A stretch of DNA of 63,941 bases, the filler included, from Rhabdomonas costata (Eukaryota): NCBI GenBank assembly GCA_019059605.1. It is 32 parts of 32 records of this genome, joined end to end, with 100 filler letters (N's around TTAATTAATTAA, not from the genome) between each part and the next. Parts side by side here need not be neighbours in the genome. Positions count along the whole stretch, not along the records: positions 40,039 to 41,941 come from JAHMHO010007602.1; positions 42,042 to 43,940 come from JAHMHO010007603.1; positions 44,041 to 45,939 come from JAHMHO010007604.1; positions 46,040 to 47,939 come from JAHMHO010007605.1; positions 48,040 to 49,937 come from JAHMHO010007606.1; positions 50,038 to 51,937 come from JAHMHO010007607.1; positions 52,038 to 53,944 come from JAHMHO010007608.1; 25 more parts are not named here. One strand, 5' to 3'. The notes below the pieces were generated by a model. The model saw only the letters and a program-made list of their open reading frames with translations, made no database searches and had not been told where the DNA came from. How positions within the stretch are numbered: position 1 is the first letter of the stretch; each line of letters opens with the position of its first letter. Positions 40,019 through 52,342 of the stretch are shown piece by piece. A program made the translations under genes and the position numbers.

Positions 40019-41105
40019 NNNNNNNNNNNNNNNNNNNNGGTGCACGGTACAATTCTTCACAGAGGATGGCACGGCGATGGTCCGCGAGCAGGTTCTGCCG
40101 AACTCAGGTCTGCTACCTCGCACAGGGTACAGGGTTTTTTGGAGGCGGCTTCAAGTGTTTAGGGGTGCTAAACCACTGACACACTCTTTCTTTCCATCTG
40201 TGGACCATTAGATTTGTTGCTGGTCTTGGGGACAGGTTTTGGGGTGGATGCCATAACAGGGGCCATGGCTTTCGTTTTATTCTTATGAGCCTCTTGTTGC
40301 TCTCATTTGGTTCGGTTTGTTCCCGCAGGGATGGACGGTGGAGTTCTGATCCGCCGAATGCGAGTGCAGCTGCAGGACTACGGTTTGGGCCTCTGAATTG
40401 CTACTCGGCCTCTCAGCCAGTTTCTTGTTTTCTCTTATGCCTTGACGTTTGCTGTCTCTATTAACTTTTTCCTCCCATCAACGGGCTGCTACTGTTTGCT
40501 GGACCTACCCAGGGTTGCATTTTTTTTCAGGCAACCGCTTCGCAGAGGCCGAAGATTTCAACGTCGGGAAGGAGCTTCGGATCTACGGCAAGCTCTTCCA
40601 TATTGTGGGCTGTGATGCGGCCACTCGGGTACGCATGCGCGGGATCTGCGGGATCTGGGAGACCCAAAAAGCGCGAGAGGGAGCAGACTATGAGTGGACA
40701 ATAGGGCTCAGCATTTTGGGATGTTCACTGCATTATCCGCCTTGAGGTACCCCCATTTTCTTTTCTTTTTTTTGGGGGGGGGATTTTTCGGATTATTCTC
40801 ATGTGGTGTTGTTGGTATCTCGTGGAGACGAGCTTGGAAGCAAGGAAAGATGATTCCGGTGAATGTTAACGCCCTTGGTAGGAGCTCTGGTGCTGAATGC
40901 GGCTGTGTGTGTGTGTGTGTGTGTGTGTGTTGCGTGCGGTGTTGCTGTGGTCGCTTCAGGCCCATCTGCAAGGGCTGGGCCTTGAGGTGCCCCCCAACGA
41001 GGGTTTTCCCGCGGAGGGCGACCACTTTGGGCAGCTGCTGGCCCGGCGGCAGAGGGAGAACCAGCCGCGGAAGATGCTGAACTTCACCGATATGGAGATG
41101 AAGCG
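40019..41105 (+). CDS. DM10-domain axonemal protein (EFHC1/EFHC2/RIB72-like), partial
   Basis: GT-AG exons ..-40107, 40329-40382, 40531-40628 and 40960-41105 give FFTEDGT...EQVLPNSGMDGGVLIRRMR...EDFNVGKELRIYGKLFHIVGCDAATRAHL, the DM10 consensus. Confidence 0.85.
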
Positions 41106-41679
41106 GTGTGCGTGCGTGTGTGAGTGTGTGCGTACGCTCGCGGTTTTTTCTGTGCCAGTTGTATGCAAAGGTTGTTTGTCAATCAAATGTCGCATTCCTG
41201 TCATAGATGTGTTTGTTCGCAGGGAAAGCGATATTGTAACTTCCGGTCGTATCGCAGTGGTAGCGAATGTGTGAAAAACGAAGAACCATGTCTGAGCAGG
41301 AAAAGCCTGTCATAGATCCTTCAGGAAAATGAACAGAACATCAGCGGCTTCGCCACAGACTGCACTCTAATCCACTCTTTTGGTGGTATTGTGATGTTGA
41401 AATCCGAACGCGAGTCAATTCCTCCTAGCATTTCATGCATGTGTGTTTGTTGGAGGGAGCATTCTGTGACTGTTGAAGGTTTGCATGATGTGTATTTAAA
41501 AAACTGTTCAATAAATTGTGGTTACGCAGTACTGTGTTCGTCTTTATCTCAAAACTGAGTATTAAGACAAGGCGCGGAAAGGCACACAGCACAAGACAGC
41601 GAAGAAAAGTACGGAATCCCCCTCGCCGTTTCGACATGCCTTACCACCTGCCAGTTTTGTTTTATTTCCTCGCCAGCTG

Positions 41680-41800
41680 TGTTCCCGTAATGAAACGTAG
41701 TGTACTGTAGGGTTTAGATATGAGGAAATCGGGAAAATGTCCGTGTGAGTGTGTGTGTGTGTCTGTGCACGTGTAGACTTGCGCGAAATAGTCACCTCCG
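41680..41800 (+). repeat. Dispersed repeat, related in inverted orientation to ~48058-48180
   Basis: GTAGGGTTTAGATATGAGGAAATCGGGAAAATGTCCGTGTG...GCGCGAAATAGTC has a diverged reverse-complement copy at the start of the 48040 contig. Confidence 0.75.
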
Positions 41801-42041
41801 TAGGGCCTTCAAGCCCCAAGTTTGTGGGTGGGCTATCCGATGGGAAATTCTGGGGCAAAGGCCCTACGGAGGTGACTATTTCGCGCAAGTCTACACGTGC
41901 ACAGACACACACACACTCACACGGACATTTTCCCAACACCCNNNNNNNNNNNNNNNNNNNNNNNNNNNNNNNNNNNNNNNNNNNNTTAATTAATTAANNN
42001 NNNNNNNNNNNNNNNNNNNNNNNNNNNNNNNNNNNNNNNNN

Positions 42042-43940
42042 AAAAAAACATTGCCTCACACCGAGGTAAGACGTTTCGTGGAACAAAAGCTGGAAAATTA
42101 CCAAAACCTTTACGTTGTAGAACACAAACTGAGAAAGAAAACCGTCGGCTTTCGAAGGCCATCATGGTCACCGTTGCTGTCAAGCGCAACCGAAACCAAC
42201 GCCCATGACATGGAATGGCAGATGATGCCCGCCTGAATCCAAAGGCTGCGCCCTTCCCAAGAACAGAGCGGATCACCATATTTTCAAATCAAAGCGTTTG
42301 GTGGCGCACAATAGCCCGGTAGACCACCGCAGGGTGTAGTTGGGGGCATAACGCCCCACCAAACGGCAAAACCACAATTCTCCCGTAGACCCTACGAAAC
42401 CGTTGAAATTATTTCTTTTTGGAAATTTGAACCCTGATACACAGATGAAACTCGGGGCGGCGGGCATTAAATTTGCCCGATAGTTCGGAACAAAAAAACG
42501 GCGACGAAATAAAGAAACAAGCGATTATGCCTCAATGCTGTCTCTGATGAAATTGTATTATAAAATGTGATGGATTATAAAATGTAAAAATATAATATTT
42601 TATAAAAATCCAGTGCCATGATCATAAGGCCTGGGCAAAGCGTTAATTCATCATGTGTGGCCTCGTCGGCTTCTCTAAGTCATCTTTTGTTCTCCTTTTT
42701 CCGCCCAAAGGACCGCCTGGACGGACGGACTTGCCCAAGAATAAAGCGGATTGGCGCAACGGGCGTGGACGACATACTGTTAGTAAGATGATCCAATTCT
42801 GGTCCATATCCCGAACGTTCAATGGCGCATGCGCGCAAAATCGCACACGCACGCGCCACCCACACACCCCGCAAACATGTCAAAACGAAGTGGTTTGTGA
42901 CGCAATTTCTGGTTTTAACAACAACCAAAACCGACAGCCTAAAGTTGGAAAGCTTCCAAACCTTATTGCGGTGACCGGGGAAGTACCCCAGCGCAAACGA
43001 AGCGCCAACCTAGTGCCCAAACTACCGGAGGAACGACTGAAACGACCAAATGCAAAAAGGCTTTGTTATCGGCTGCGCCCCGCGGTGCGCTCGCGGCTTG
43101 AAGCTATCGAAAACGAGCGCCGCAAACCTGTTGTGGGTAATACCGCTTTTAGACTCTACCCTTCGCACCACCTGACAGTTTGAAAGGTCCGATTCGGTAA
43201 CAGGGGCCTCCATCATGTTTTTCGTAACAAATCGTCGAAGTTATCGATCAACCGTTCATCAAAGGAAACAGACTTCCGTGATTGGTATCACACAAACATT
43301 GGTACTAGGACAAAACAGCTGCGTGATAATCGCGGTGCCGCTTTGTAATCTGCCGTTTAGAACATTGAATTTAATGTGCTTTTGCAGGCGAGCAGCGGTG
43401 GTTGAGGTTTGTCTGCACCTCATTGGTCGCTCTGCCTGACGAAGGTGTGCCGCGCATCATCTGCCAACGGAGCGGAGAGCGTACAGCCAAACCGACTGCT
43501 CGGCGCGACCTCTCCGTGCTTCTGGAGTACACCCAGACTTTTTCATGAATCGAATGGACACTCTCCGTCCTGAGCCATCGCTCTGGGGGACCCGCGGTCG
43601 TGAAATGGACGTCTTCGTTATACTTGCTCAACGGGAGCCTCAGAGGCCTCCGGTTTCAGCCATGGTGGCGGATGACGCGGCGATCGCTGCACCACGAGGA
43701 CGTGATTCTGCAATATGTGTGTCGTGTTGGCTTACTTCATTGGACATAGGTGGATGACCGTATTTCCGTGCATTTGGAAGTAAGGAAGATGCAGCCAAGG
43801 GGAAGAGGTTGTAAAAAAAACATTGCCTCACACCGAGGTAAGACGTTTCGTGGAACAAAAGCTGGAAAATTACCAAAACCTTTACGTTGTAGAACACAAA
43901 CTGAGAAAGAAAACCGTCGGCTTTCGAAGGCCATCATGGT
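42042..43940. other. Circular (or perfectly tandem) 1772-bp element
   Basis: 42042-42168 is identical to 43814-43940 (127 bp), the usual k-mer overlap of a circularised contig. No recognisable gene. Confidence 0.85.
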
Positions 43941-46228
43941 NNNNNNNNNNNNNNNNNNNNNNNNNNNNNNNNNNNNNNNNNNNNTTAATTAATTAANNNN
44001 NNNNNNNNNNNNNNNNNNNNNNNNNNNNNNNNNNNNNNNNGGGTGTGGGTGAATCATTCTAGAAAGGAAGTAGATAGTATCAGTGCGATGTTTCAGAAGG
44101 TGGTAGTGTAGGTACAAAATATTCACGCAAGATTGACATATTTGTACATACACTACCACCTTCTGAAACATCGCACTGATACTATCTACTTCCTTTCTAG
44201 AATGATTCAACTCAGGTCCGCACAGCGCTATTCACCTGGATGCAGTTCTCTTGCAACAGGAGCTTCACGAGAGACCTCTTCCAATATGACACTAATATTT
44301 TTTGCTGACGGGTTGATCCTGACACTTCCGCCTGATGCTTTTACTCAACTCTGTCATATTTAGAGTAATCAGCAACTGACTTCATACGATCTTGGATCAT
44401 AATATCTTTGATTCTGCGTAGGCGTGTTGTCAGCGACATCCTTGTAAAAAACCTTTTCTGCCTAAACTTCACATTTATCTTAAAAAATCAAGCTCCTAAA
44501 ATCAACTACTATCACATTTAGAACCTTGGTCAGAAACTTTAGAAAGTGCCTCTCACGCATGAATACACTATGAACGTTTTCTTTAGACCAAGCCTCGTCA
44601 TTGTTTCCAACTTTTAAACCAGCTTGTTGCAACATCATTTTACTCTTTTTTAATACCTCTCAGCTTTATCACATAAATATATATCTCTGGTCTGGCCATA
44701 TAAGCCCTAGTCGTCTTGATAGCATGGGTGGCATACCGGCCAGTCATCGGAATTTCTGTCACGGGTATCTTGTGCGTGGTCTGCATTTTGGGTGCGATTC
44801 GGCGCCGGTGGATGCGGGACACGCTGGAAGCGGTGGTGGGTGGCTTGATGGCATTTGCCACAGACCACACCATTGTAACTACGGTTTGTAATGCTCTTAC
44901 GTCGTGTACATCTGTTTGATGCGCGCAATGAACCTATGGGAGCGAATTATTATCAACTTCTTTTGGTCCAGTTTTTTCTCACCATAACGACATTCAATAT
45001 ATTTACGTAAACCTCAACATCTTGCAGTAATTAGATCACTTGAAGTATCTCTTATTAACAAATCCTTCATAATTTATTATTATTATTTAATTTTTTCTGG
45101 ATATTCTTAATATTCAACAATGGTCCTACTGCGTTGTGAGATAGCTTAAATTCTGTGTTCTTTTGGTTATTACTTTTTGAAAGTCAATCTGAATCAAATT
45201 ATAAATACTCGAAACATCAAGGCTCTATTCTCTCTCGTATATGTTGTCTTTAGTCTCTGTAAAGTACCACCAAAGTACTTCGAGATGATGTAAACCTGAC
45301 TCAGTAATATATATATGTGCACTGGTGATTGCAATATCCAAATACAACGCAACACTTGTCACTTAACTCAAAATCGTATTGCAATAATCGTAAAATAACT
45401 CACGTTAACCTCTGCAAATTTCATGTACATGTACACGAAAGATCTCCTGTACCATTTAATTACCTCCTTCTAAGAAACCACACAAACAATGGATCTCTGT
45501 ACATTACAATGCTTCTCTGAAATTAACCAATTAACCACTAAATATCTGCTGACAGTTTTTACATGAATCTGTTACTACCATATTGATTGATCTGTCACTG
45601 AATGTCAAAATCTAATAAATTGAAATCCACCAACACAGGATCATGCCATTTGGACAAATTATGGTATGTTTTACACCTCCGAAGTCGTGATATTTTTAAT
45701 CAACTCCAGCTATCTCCGAATATGCGCTAAGGTTTTTTAAGGTACTACAATGATTCCACGTCGCGTTTTCTAACAGTCCAGTAGTGTTGCCACTAGTAAT
45801 TATATAGAACATCGGCGCACATAGATGTCCATCAGTTACAAATCTCAACTAGTACTTCAACTACAAATAACAAACTTTCTAATACTTTAAATAATGCGAC
45901 AGCGTATGTTTAAGTCTGTTAGAACGTTAACAAAACAAANNNNNNNNNNNNNNNNNNNNNNNNNNNNNNNNNNNNNNNNNNNNTTAATTAATTAANNNNN
46001 NNNNNNNNNNNNNNNNNNNNNNNNNNNNNNNNNNNNNNNGTTGTTGGGGGACATTTTTTGCTGTCCTTGAAACCCCTGTGAGTCCAAACGTTGGCTCTTT
46101 AGTACCCGACTCTCAATTTCATGGTGGATTTATATATTTAACAGCCCCAGCAGCAAACGAAAATGTAGACCCTCAGGCACAAGGGAGTTGGGGGTTCCTC
46201 ACCCCACCTTTTTTCGGCTTTGGTGCAG

Positions 46229-47043
46229 GTCCTGTTCTCTGGATGGGATCCCAGCACCCAGACGGAGCTCAGCGTGGTGCTGCGGCCCAGCTTGGGGTGG
46301 GTTTTGGGGGTGCGGCGGAACGCCAGCGGGGTGGTGACCTGGCTTATCAACGCCACCACCACCCCGGTGGTTCCAGACGCGTGGAACAACCTGGCGTTTG
46401 TCCACGAGGTGTTCCCGACCGTCTATAAGGAGACGGTGTGCACTGGATCCGCAAAAGGGGCCTTTGATGAGTGTTGGTGGGGGAGGGGGTGACGGTCATC
46501 ATTGCAAACAGAAGGAGTGAATCTTTTTGTCAGTTGAATTATTGAATTTTTTCTTGTGCATTTCACATCAAACTATATCTGATGTGAACCCCACACACAT
46601 TGTTTTTGCGTTGTTTCTGGTTCGAGCCTAATACTTGGTCTGACACCAGCAGAGGTCCCCGAACCGCGAAAAAGCACTTCTTCAATTCGCTATTCACTCA
46701 CCTCACCTCACCACATGACACCCCCCCCCGGATTTCTCCCATTTCTGGAGTTTCGTAACATTGTTTATTGCACCCCCAATCCTGTTCTTCTGTGCGTTGC
46801 GGATGGTCTTCAGTGAGAACACTCTGCAATCTGGCAGTAATGCTAGATGAGGGCTTGCCTGAAGTTATGAGATATGAAATGGCGCTGCTGCGTTATTTGT
46901 TGTGAATCTTGCGCTTTTTCTGTGGAATGCGGCAGATTTACATCGGGGGCTACGCCAGAATGACCGTGAACTTCAGCAAGTCGGGCACCACGACTTACTT
47001 TGGTGGGGTCGCGGCCGGAAGCGTGTTTCGCATAGCCGATGCG
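46229..47043 (+). CDS. LamG/concanavalin-A-like domain protein, internal exons
   Basis: Exons 46229-46435 and 46936-47043 give beta-rich ...VVPDAWNNLAFVH...ET-IYIGG, resembling the LamG WxHxAxV...IYxxG motif. Confidence 0.45.
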
Positions 47044-47258
47044 GTATGGTTTGGGATTCACTCCATGGTGCTCCTTCAGCTGCACCTCTCTTCTTGAATG
47101 TGTTCATGAGCGCTCCAGCTGCCCTCATTGGAGTGGCGTTTTGGTGCCTTGGTGAAGTGAGGTGGTTACGGCATTTGACGAGATGCTTGGGGATGCTTCT
47201 GAGTGGAGGTAATAGGCCGCTTGTGGGTCTGGAGTATCAGTCAGTGCTGGCGCACGCA

Positions 47259-47360
47259 GGTGGGCGGTCGGAGTGCGCGCCTACAGTTCTTTCTCTTAGC
47301 AAATACGGAAAACAAATCTGCATCTTTATAAAGGCAAGAAGGGCTCAAAACACCCAAAAT
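47259..47360 (+). repeat. Dispersed repeat, related to 59821-59940
   Basis: Both copies share AGGTGGGCGG...GCCTACAGTTCTTTCT and AAGGCAA..AGGGCTCAAAA.ACCCAAA. Confidence 0.7.
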
Positions 47361-49086
47361 GGCTCAGGATGCAGGACTTCATCTGCCCGAAAAGTGCCCC
47401 GAGCCATCGAAAATCCAAAATGTCGTTGAAAGGCGGGGTAAAAATAGGACCTTGAGGGGGTCATATCTCGTCGTAGAGGATTCCGAGACCATCAACAATC
47501 ATCTCAGGAGTAGTACCATCCCACCGTACTTGAGCCCAAATCACTCTAGGTCGAGTTCTGAGGTCAATGCTAGGTCTCCGGTCGGGAGTGACCATGGCGT
47601 TTGTCACCCAGTGATGTGGGTGGCGTTTTGGGCCCAAATAAGTGGTCCTTAAGCCTCCGACGATTGGTGAGGTTCCGGAGGTTGGCTGAAGAGGTTGGCC
47701 AGATAGGCCAACCTGGAAGGACCCCCGCAACAGCGATGAGAGAAAGAACTGTACTGTACTGTGATGTCCACTTTTCAAGGCCTTCCTGTACAGGCTTGGC
47801 GGCAACTCTGGTTGGCATCGTTTTCCTCATGAGAGAATGGTTGGAATCTCCACTCCCCCCCAAAAAAATCCTAAGGCTGGGCCTGGCGGCCGCCAGACCT
47901 TCATCGGGCATATCGACGAGTTCCGTTTCACCAACAAACNNNNNNNNNNNNNNNNNNNNNNNNNNNNNNNNNNNNNNNNNNNNTTAATTAATTAANNNNN
48001 NNNNNNNNNNNNNNNNNNNNNNNNNNNNNNNNNNNNNNNGGTGGGGGGTTGAAACGCCGACTACTTCGCGCAAAAAAAAAGCTCAAAAAGAATCTACACA
48101 CGCAGACTCACACACACGGACATTTTCCCGTTTTTCTCGTATCTAAACCCTACACTACACTGCGTTTCGTTGCGGAAAAAACTCCGGTGTAACCTGATAT
48201 AGATACACTGTCCCAGTCATCCAATCGAGAAGCAGTGAATGTGTTGCGCAGTCCGAGTGGACAGTGTATGTGTGCCCAGTGCAATGCACACATACACCTT
48301 TGGTAAGCTAGTTGGATCAGCAAATCTCTAGCTGAGTCCGTGCCTTGATGACTGGTAGACATCTGGCTGCCACGCTTCCTCTTGTGATAACTCCGAGAGA
48401 GCTTTTTTCCAAAACTTAAGCGTGTTATAAAACATATACGATAAAACACTCGGTTTGTATTCCCATCTGCTTCACCACACACATCGTATGCTGAGCCTTC
48501 ATCTCTCCCCCCCCCCCTCCCACGCACATTGACCGAATTTCAAAGGAAGTACGGGGTTGGAGAGACGCCTGGGTTGTTCTAGTGTTCTTGTTGACTTGCT
48601 CACTCCACTTGTCCTAAAGGCCTCCCCGGAGTCCGCGGCCTGTGGTGAGGCCGTTCTACCCGCTTTGGTTGCTGGGAATGCCAAGCTTCATGCCATGGTG
48701 TGTGCACTTGCGAGAGTTCAAGAGTTCACTCTGCTCTGTGGGGAATCGCAGACTTTTTTTGATATTGGACTGAACGCTTTAGTGTTTGGCGGCCCTGTGT
48801 GAGCCCTGGGCCTGATCTGCCTTTCTGTGGCGGCCACCAAACCTTTCTCCTTTGTTCTTCGGGCTGCGGGGTGTATACTTTTATTGTGCAAGAAACCCAC
48901 AACCCCTTGCGGAAGCAGCTCTTGGAGGACGTTTGTTTTTCCCTTCCCTCGCAAGTTTTTCGGCTTGAGAGAGGAACAAGCTTACTCAGTCAGCGGAGTC
49001 AGGCTGTTTTTTATCTATTCGCCACTGGCAAATGCCGGCGTGGAACCTCGATACCCCCGCCTTTGCTTTGTTTCTTGCTTTGGCAG

Positions 49087-49937
49087 GACGCTTCTGGGAA
49101 AATGGGCATTCATCACGCCGCTGGTGCCGGCAACGTGAACACGGTGACCACCCTGGTGGAGGCAGGCTCCACACTTTACAAGCTGGTGAGCGAGAGTGAG
49201 TCCTGTGCATGAATTTGCAATGGGAGAGGGGGCGTTAAACGTTCCGTACTGCTAACCGTTTTGACTTGCGGATTTTTATTGTTTTTATTTGTTGGTATCA
49301 TAAGGGTTGATGGGATGGGGTGGAACCCGCAACGCGGCTGGATTGGGCGGCTCGGTTGGGACGTTCCGTCCAATGCGCCGTGTAGCGATGCTAAACGTGT
49401 AGCAGTGCGAAGGGGACCAAACGGTCACTTGACGATGTTGTTTATAGGGCACTGGCGTTAGGGGTGAGGCAACCTGTGCCAGCTATTCTGGCGTATTCTG
49501 ACGTAGTGTTACGTATTCTGTTTTTTCGCTCGTTAATCATACATATCCTGAACTCTGGTGTGAAATGTGACTTTTTGTGATTAATCATACATATTGTCAT
49601 TTAGAGGGGTTCGAAATATCGGACTGGTCAACGCTCGTCCTCCCTCAACTTCTGTATTTGCATGAAGGACGTATGTCGCGCAGTGCACGAGCGGGCATAC
49701 ATACAGACACACACACACACACACACACACACGCTTACAATGCAACGATTCGTCTGGTTTTCTGCTTTGCTTTCGTGATCGAAGGCAGATCTATATTCTG
49801 CTGTTGTTGTATTGAGGGGCTGGATATGCTCTTTTGTGTCTGGTGCGGGTGTGGGCGCGTTGCTCTGTGCAGGACCGTCAGGGAAACTCTCCCCTGCGCT
49901 GCGCAGCCGCCCTAAAGGATGCCCCGGAGAAGCTCTT
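49087..49937 (+). CDS. Ankyrin-repeat protein, partial
   Basis: A 99-nt phase-0 exon 49087-49185 encodes DASGKMGIHHAAGAGNVNTVTTLVEAGSTLYKL. The next exon from 49873 encodes DRQGNSPLRCAA. Confidence 0.75.
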
Positions 49938-50254
49938 NNNNNNNNNNNNNNNNNNNNNNNNNNNNNNNNNNNNNNNNNNNNTTAATTAATTAANNNNNNN
50001 NNNNNNNNNNNNNNNNNNNNNNNNNNNNNNNNNNNNNGGTGGTTGGGATCCAATTGATCCAATTGAGAACAAAAAGACAATTTCTCCTTTGCCGCTTCCA
50101 TATTCAGATAAAGCAGATTTCCAATTGAGCTAGCTCGCTCAGTATTCCAAGGGTTGAGTATCCACGTACTTCATTTTTTAACTTCATTAGAAACATTCAA
50201 TGCTTAAAATCTCCAGCTTTTTGCACTAGCATTCTTTCGGTCGTAAAAGAGAAG

Positions 50255-51937
50255 CTATTTCAAACTCTCACTCCCGCACACCTCGACAGTCCCATGTGAA
50301 GCAGCAGTAGCAGGAGGTGGTTGTGGAGGAGGTTCCAAAACGATCATTCCTGGGCTCACTACCTTAGCCTCGCTGTTTTCTGCGGTAGCACTGAACTCAG
50401 CCGGGCTGCTCAACCCACAGGTGTCCCCTTTTTTCAGCCTAGGCTGTTTCAGAGGGGCCAGATTTGGCTTCGGCAGCGCTGGCCGAGCGGATTCACCAAC
50501 GACCGAAGTGTACGCCAATGCTCTGCCTGGAGCAGGCGCAGCTCCAGCACCCGTGAAATCCTCGGAAGAGGTGGGCGCAGTGGACTGTGCAAGATCCACT
50601 GAGTTCAAATTAGCAGAAGAACGACTGTCAGCAGTCGCAGAGGCGTCAGTGTGCACCTGGACTGGCGGAGCAAGATCAGGACTGTTGTCAGGAACTAAAG
50701 GCAACAAATTGCTGCACATTCCACACGCAGTAGCAGCTTCAGGTGAAACTACAGCAGATGTCACTTGCATGACTCCAGCTATCTTGGTGGCGAGAGCAGG
50801 AGGGACCTCAGCAATGTGCACAGGAGCGGGAGATGAAAACAAATTCGGAAGTGTCACCCCAAAAACTCTGGCTAACTCCCCCAATACCTCTGGAGAAAGA
50901 GTAGCCGTCTCAGAATGAGCAATCAAAGCCACAGCAGGTGAGGTTGCAACCGTCAAAGGCGCCGATGAAATAGTTCCCGGGCTTGGTACCAATTCCAGAG
51001 AATCAGCTGGTTCGCTGGGCAGTTCCACCACAGAAGGTTCGATTGGAAGAGTCTCACTCGCGGGTGACGTGAAAGACGTGTTCGGCGCCGACTTTCGTGC
51101 AAACTTGGACTCAGCAAGAGCCTTCTCCTCACGCTTGCGCTTTAAGCGTTCCAAGCGCTGCTTGAGCTCAGACAAACTCTCCGAGTTTTGCACACGTACC
51201 GAACTCCCTCGTTCAGGCCGGATGGGCTCTGAAGAAGAAGAATTACTTCGAGGAATGTTATGAATAAAAATGGCCTGCAACTGGCGAAGATAATCCACCC
51301 CGGTAGAGGAAACGTACAAACCGTCACTAGCAAATCCCAGGTCCTGGTGCGACTTGGGGTTTGTAACTTGGGCGCCAACCTCCGGTCTTGCCTTCTGAGC
51401 AAGCCCCCGCTCTTTCTTTTTCACGGCATTCTTCAGCCGTGCTCGTTCCAAGTCGTGTGCTCGCAACAAAGTGGTTAGCGCCTTGAGTCTCTGACGAACA
51501 ACACCAAGCATCGGACCCTTTCCTTGGGCTTTGACTCGGGTGTCTTCCAGAATCCCACCTATCAGATTTTCAATTTTGCTTAGGCTGGCGTACAGTTCGG
51601 AGACCTCCATGCTTCCTCGAGTTGGAGATGATGAGACGTGAGCAATGTCATTCGGACGCTGATCCTCTTCGTCCTCTGGCAACATCCCTTCCGCCGCAGC
51701 AGTTCCAGAACTGCGTCCGTCATCACTAGAAAGGTCGCGCAATGGCTGCTCTGCTCTATGCGAGCTTTCCCAAGACAGCAAAGTGGACAGAGGCACAGCT
51801 AGGGGTGCAGGTTGGGTTGCACGAACTGGCCGGCGCGGCACTACCTCAGCTTTGGATCGCTTGGAAGCCAACCCAGTCTCAGGGATACGTGATGAGGTAG
51901 ATTGGCCAGAGGAGCGGCTTTCTAGCCGAAAACTAAC
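50255..51937 (-). CDS. Long intron-free ORF (>=538 aa), Ser/Pro/Ala-rich with coiled-coil segments, unknown function
   Basis: The frame is open for over 1.6 kb and continues to the contig end. Heptad-like segments include LSELKQRLERLKRKREEK. Confidence 0.65.
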   Translation of the reverse strand, partial: VSFRLESRSSGQSTSSRIPETGLASKRSKAEVVPRRPVRATQPAPLAVPLSTLLSWESSHRAEQPLRDLSSDDGRSSGTAAAEGMLPEDEEDQRPNDIAHVSSSPTRGSMEVSELYASLSKIENLIGGILEDTRVKAQGKGPMLGVVRQRLKALTTLLRAHDLERARLKNAVKKKERGLAQKARPEVGAQVTNPKSHQDLGFASDGLYVSSTGVDYLRQLQAIFIHNIPRSNSSSSEPIRPERGSSVRVQNSESLSELKQRLERLKRKREEKALAESKFARKSAPNTSFTSPASETLPIEPSVVELPSEPADSLELVPSPGTISSAPLTVATSPAVALIAHSETATLSPEVLGELARVFGVTLPNLFSSPAPVHIAEVPPALATKIAGVMQVTSAVVSPEAATACGMCSNLLPLVPDNSPDLAPPVQVHTDASATADSRSSANLNSVDLAQSTAPTSSEDFTGAGAAPAPGRALAYTSVVGESARPALPKPNLAPLKQPRLKKGDTCGLSSPAEFSATAENSEAKVVSPGMIVLEPPPQPPPATAASHGTVEVCGSESLK

Positions 51938-52342
51938 NNNNNNNNNNNNNNNNNNNNNNNNNNNNNNNNNNNNNNNNNNNNTTAATTAATTAANNNNNNN
52001 NNNNNNNNNNNNNNNNNNNNNNNNNNNNNNNNNNNNNGTTGTTTTGTAATTATCAATGAGGCTGCAGGAAGAGCTTTCCAAAGAGAAACGCCACCCCACC
52101 TGACAGAACTTTCTGAGACGGGTCTTCTTGAATCCACTTTACTGCTCCCAGACAGTGACTAAGTCATTCATTGTTCCTTTTTCTTATGGCTTTCCAAAAG
52201 GCGAAATTGCAATCCTGCTTTGTGGCGAACAAGTAAAGTCGCACCTGCTATGCCATTTTGCACCACCACAAAAATGCTTTTCGGAAGCCGTCGAAAACCA
52301 GCACACGATTTGCCCCAAGAGGGCCTGAGTGGCTGAGGACAT

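Noticed and set aside
42330..42900. Kinetoplast CSB-like words and a PPNGKTT Walker-A-like peptide in the circle
   Set aside because: There is no GGGGTTGGTGTA and the spacing is wrong. The peptide does not fit GxxxxGKT and lies between stops. No CRESS Rep motifs or nonanucleotide stem-loop were seen.
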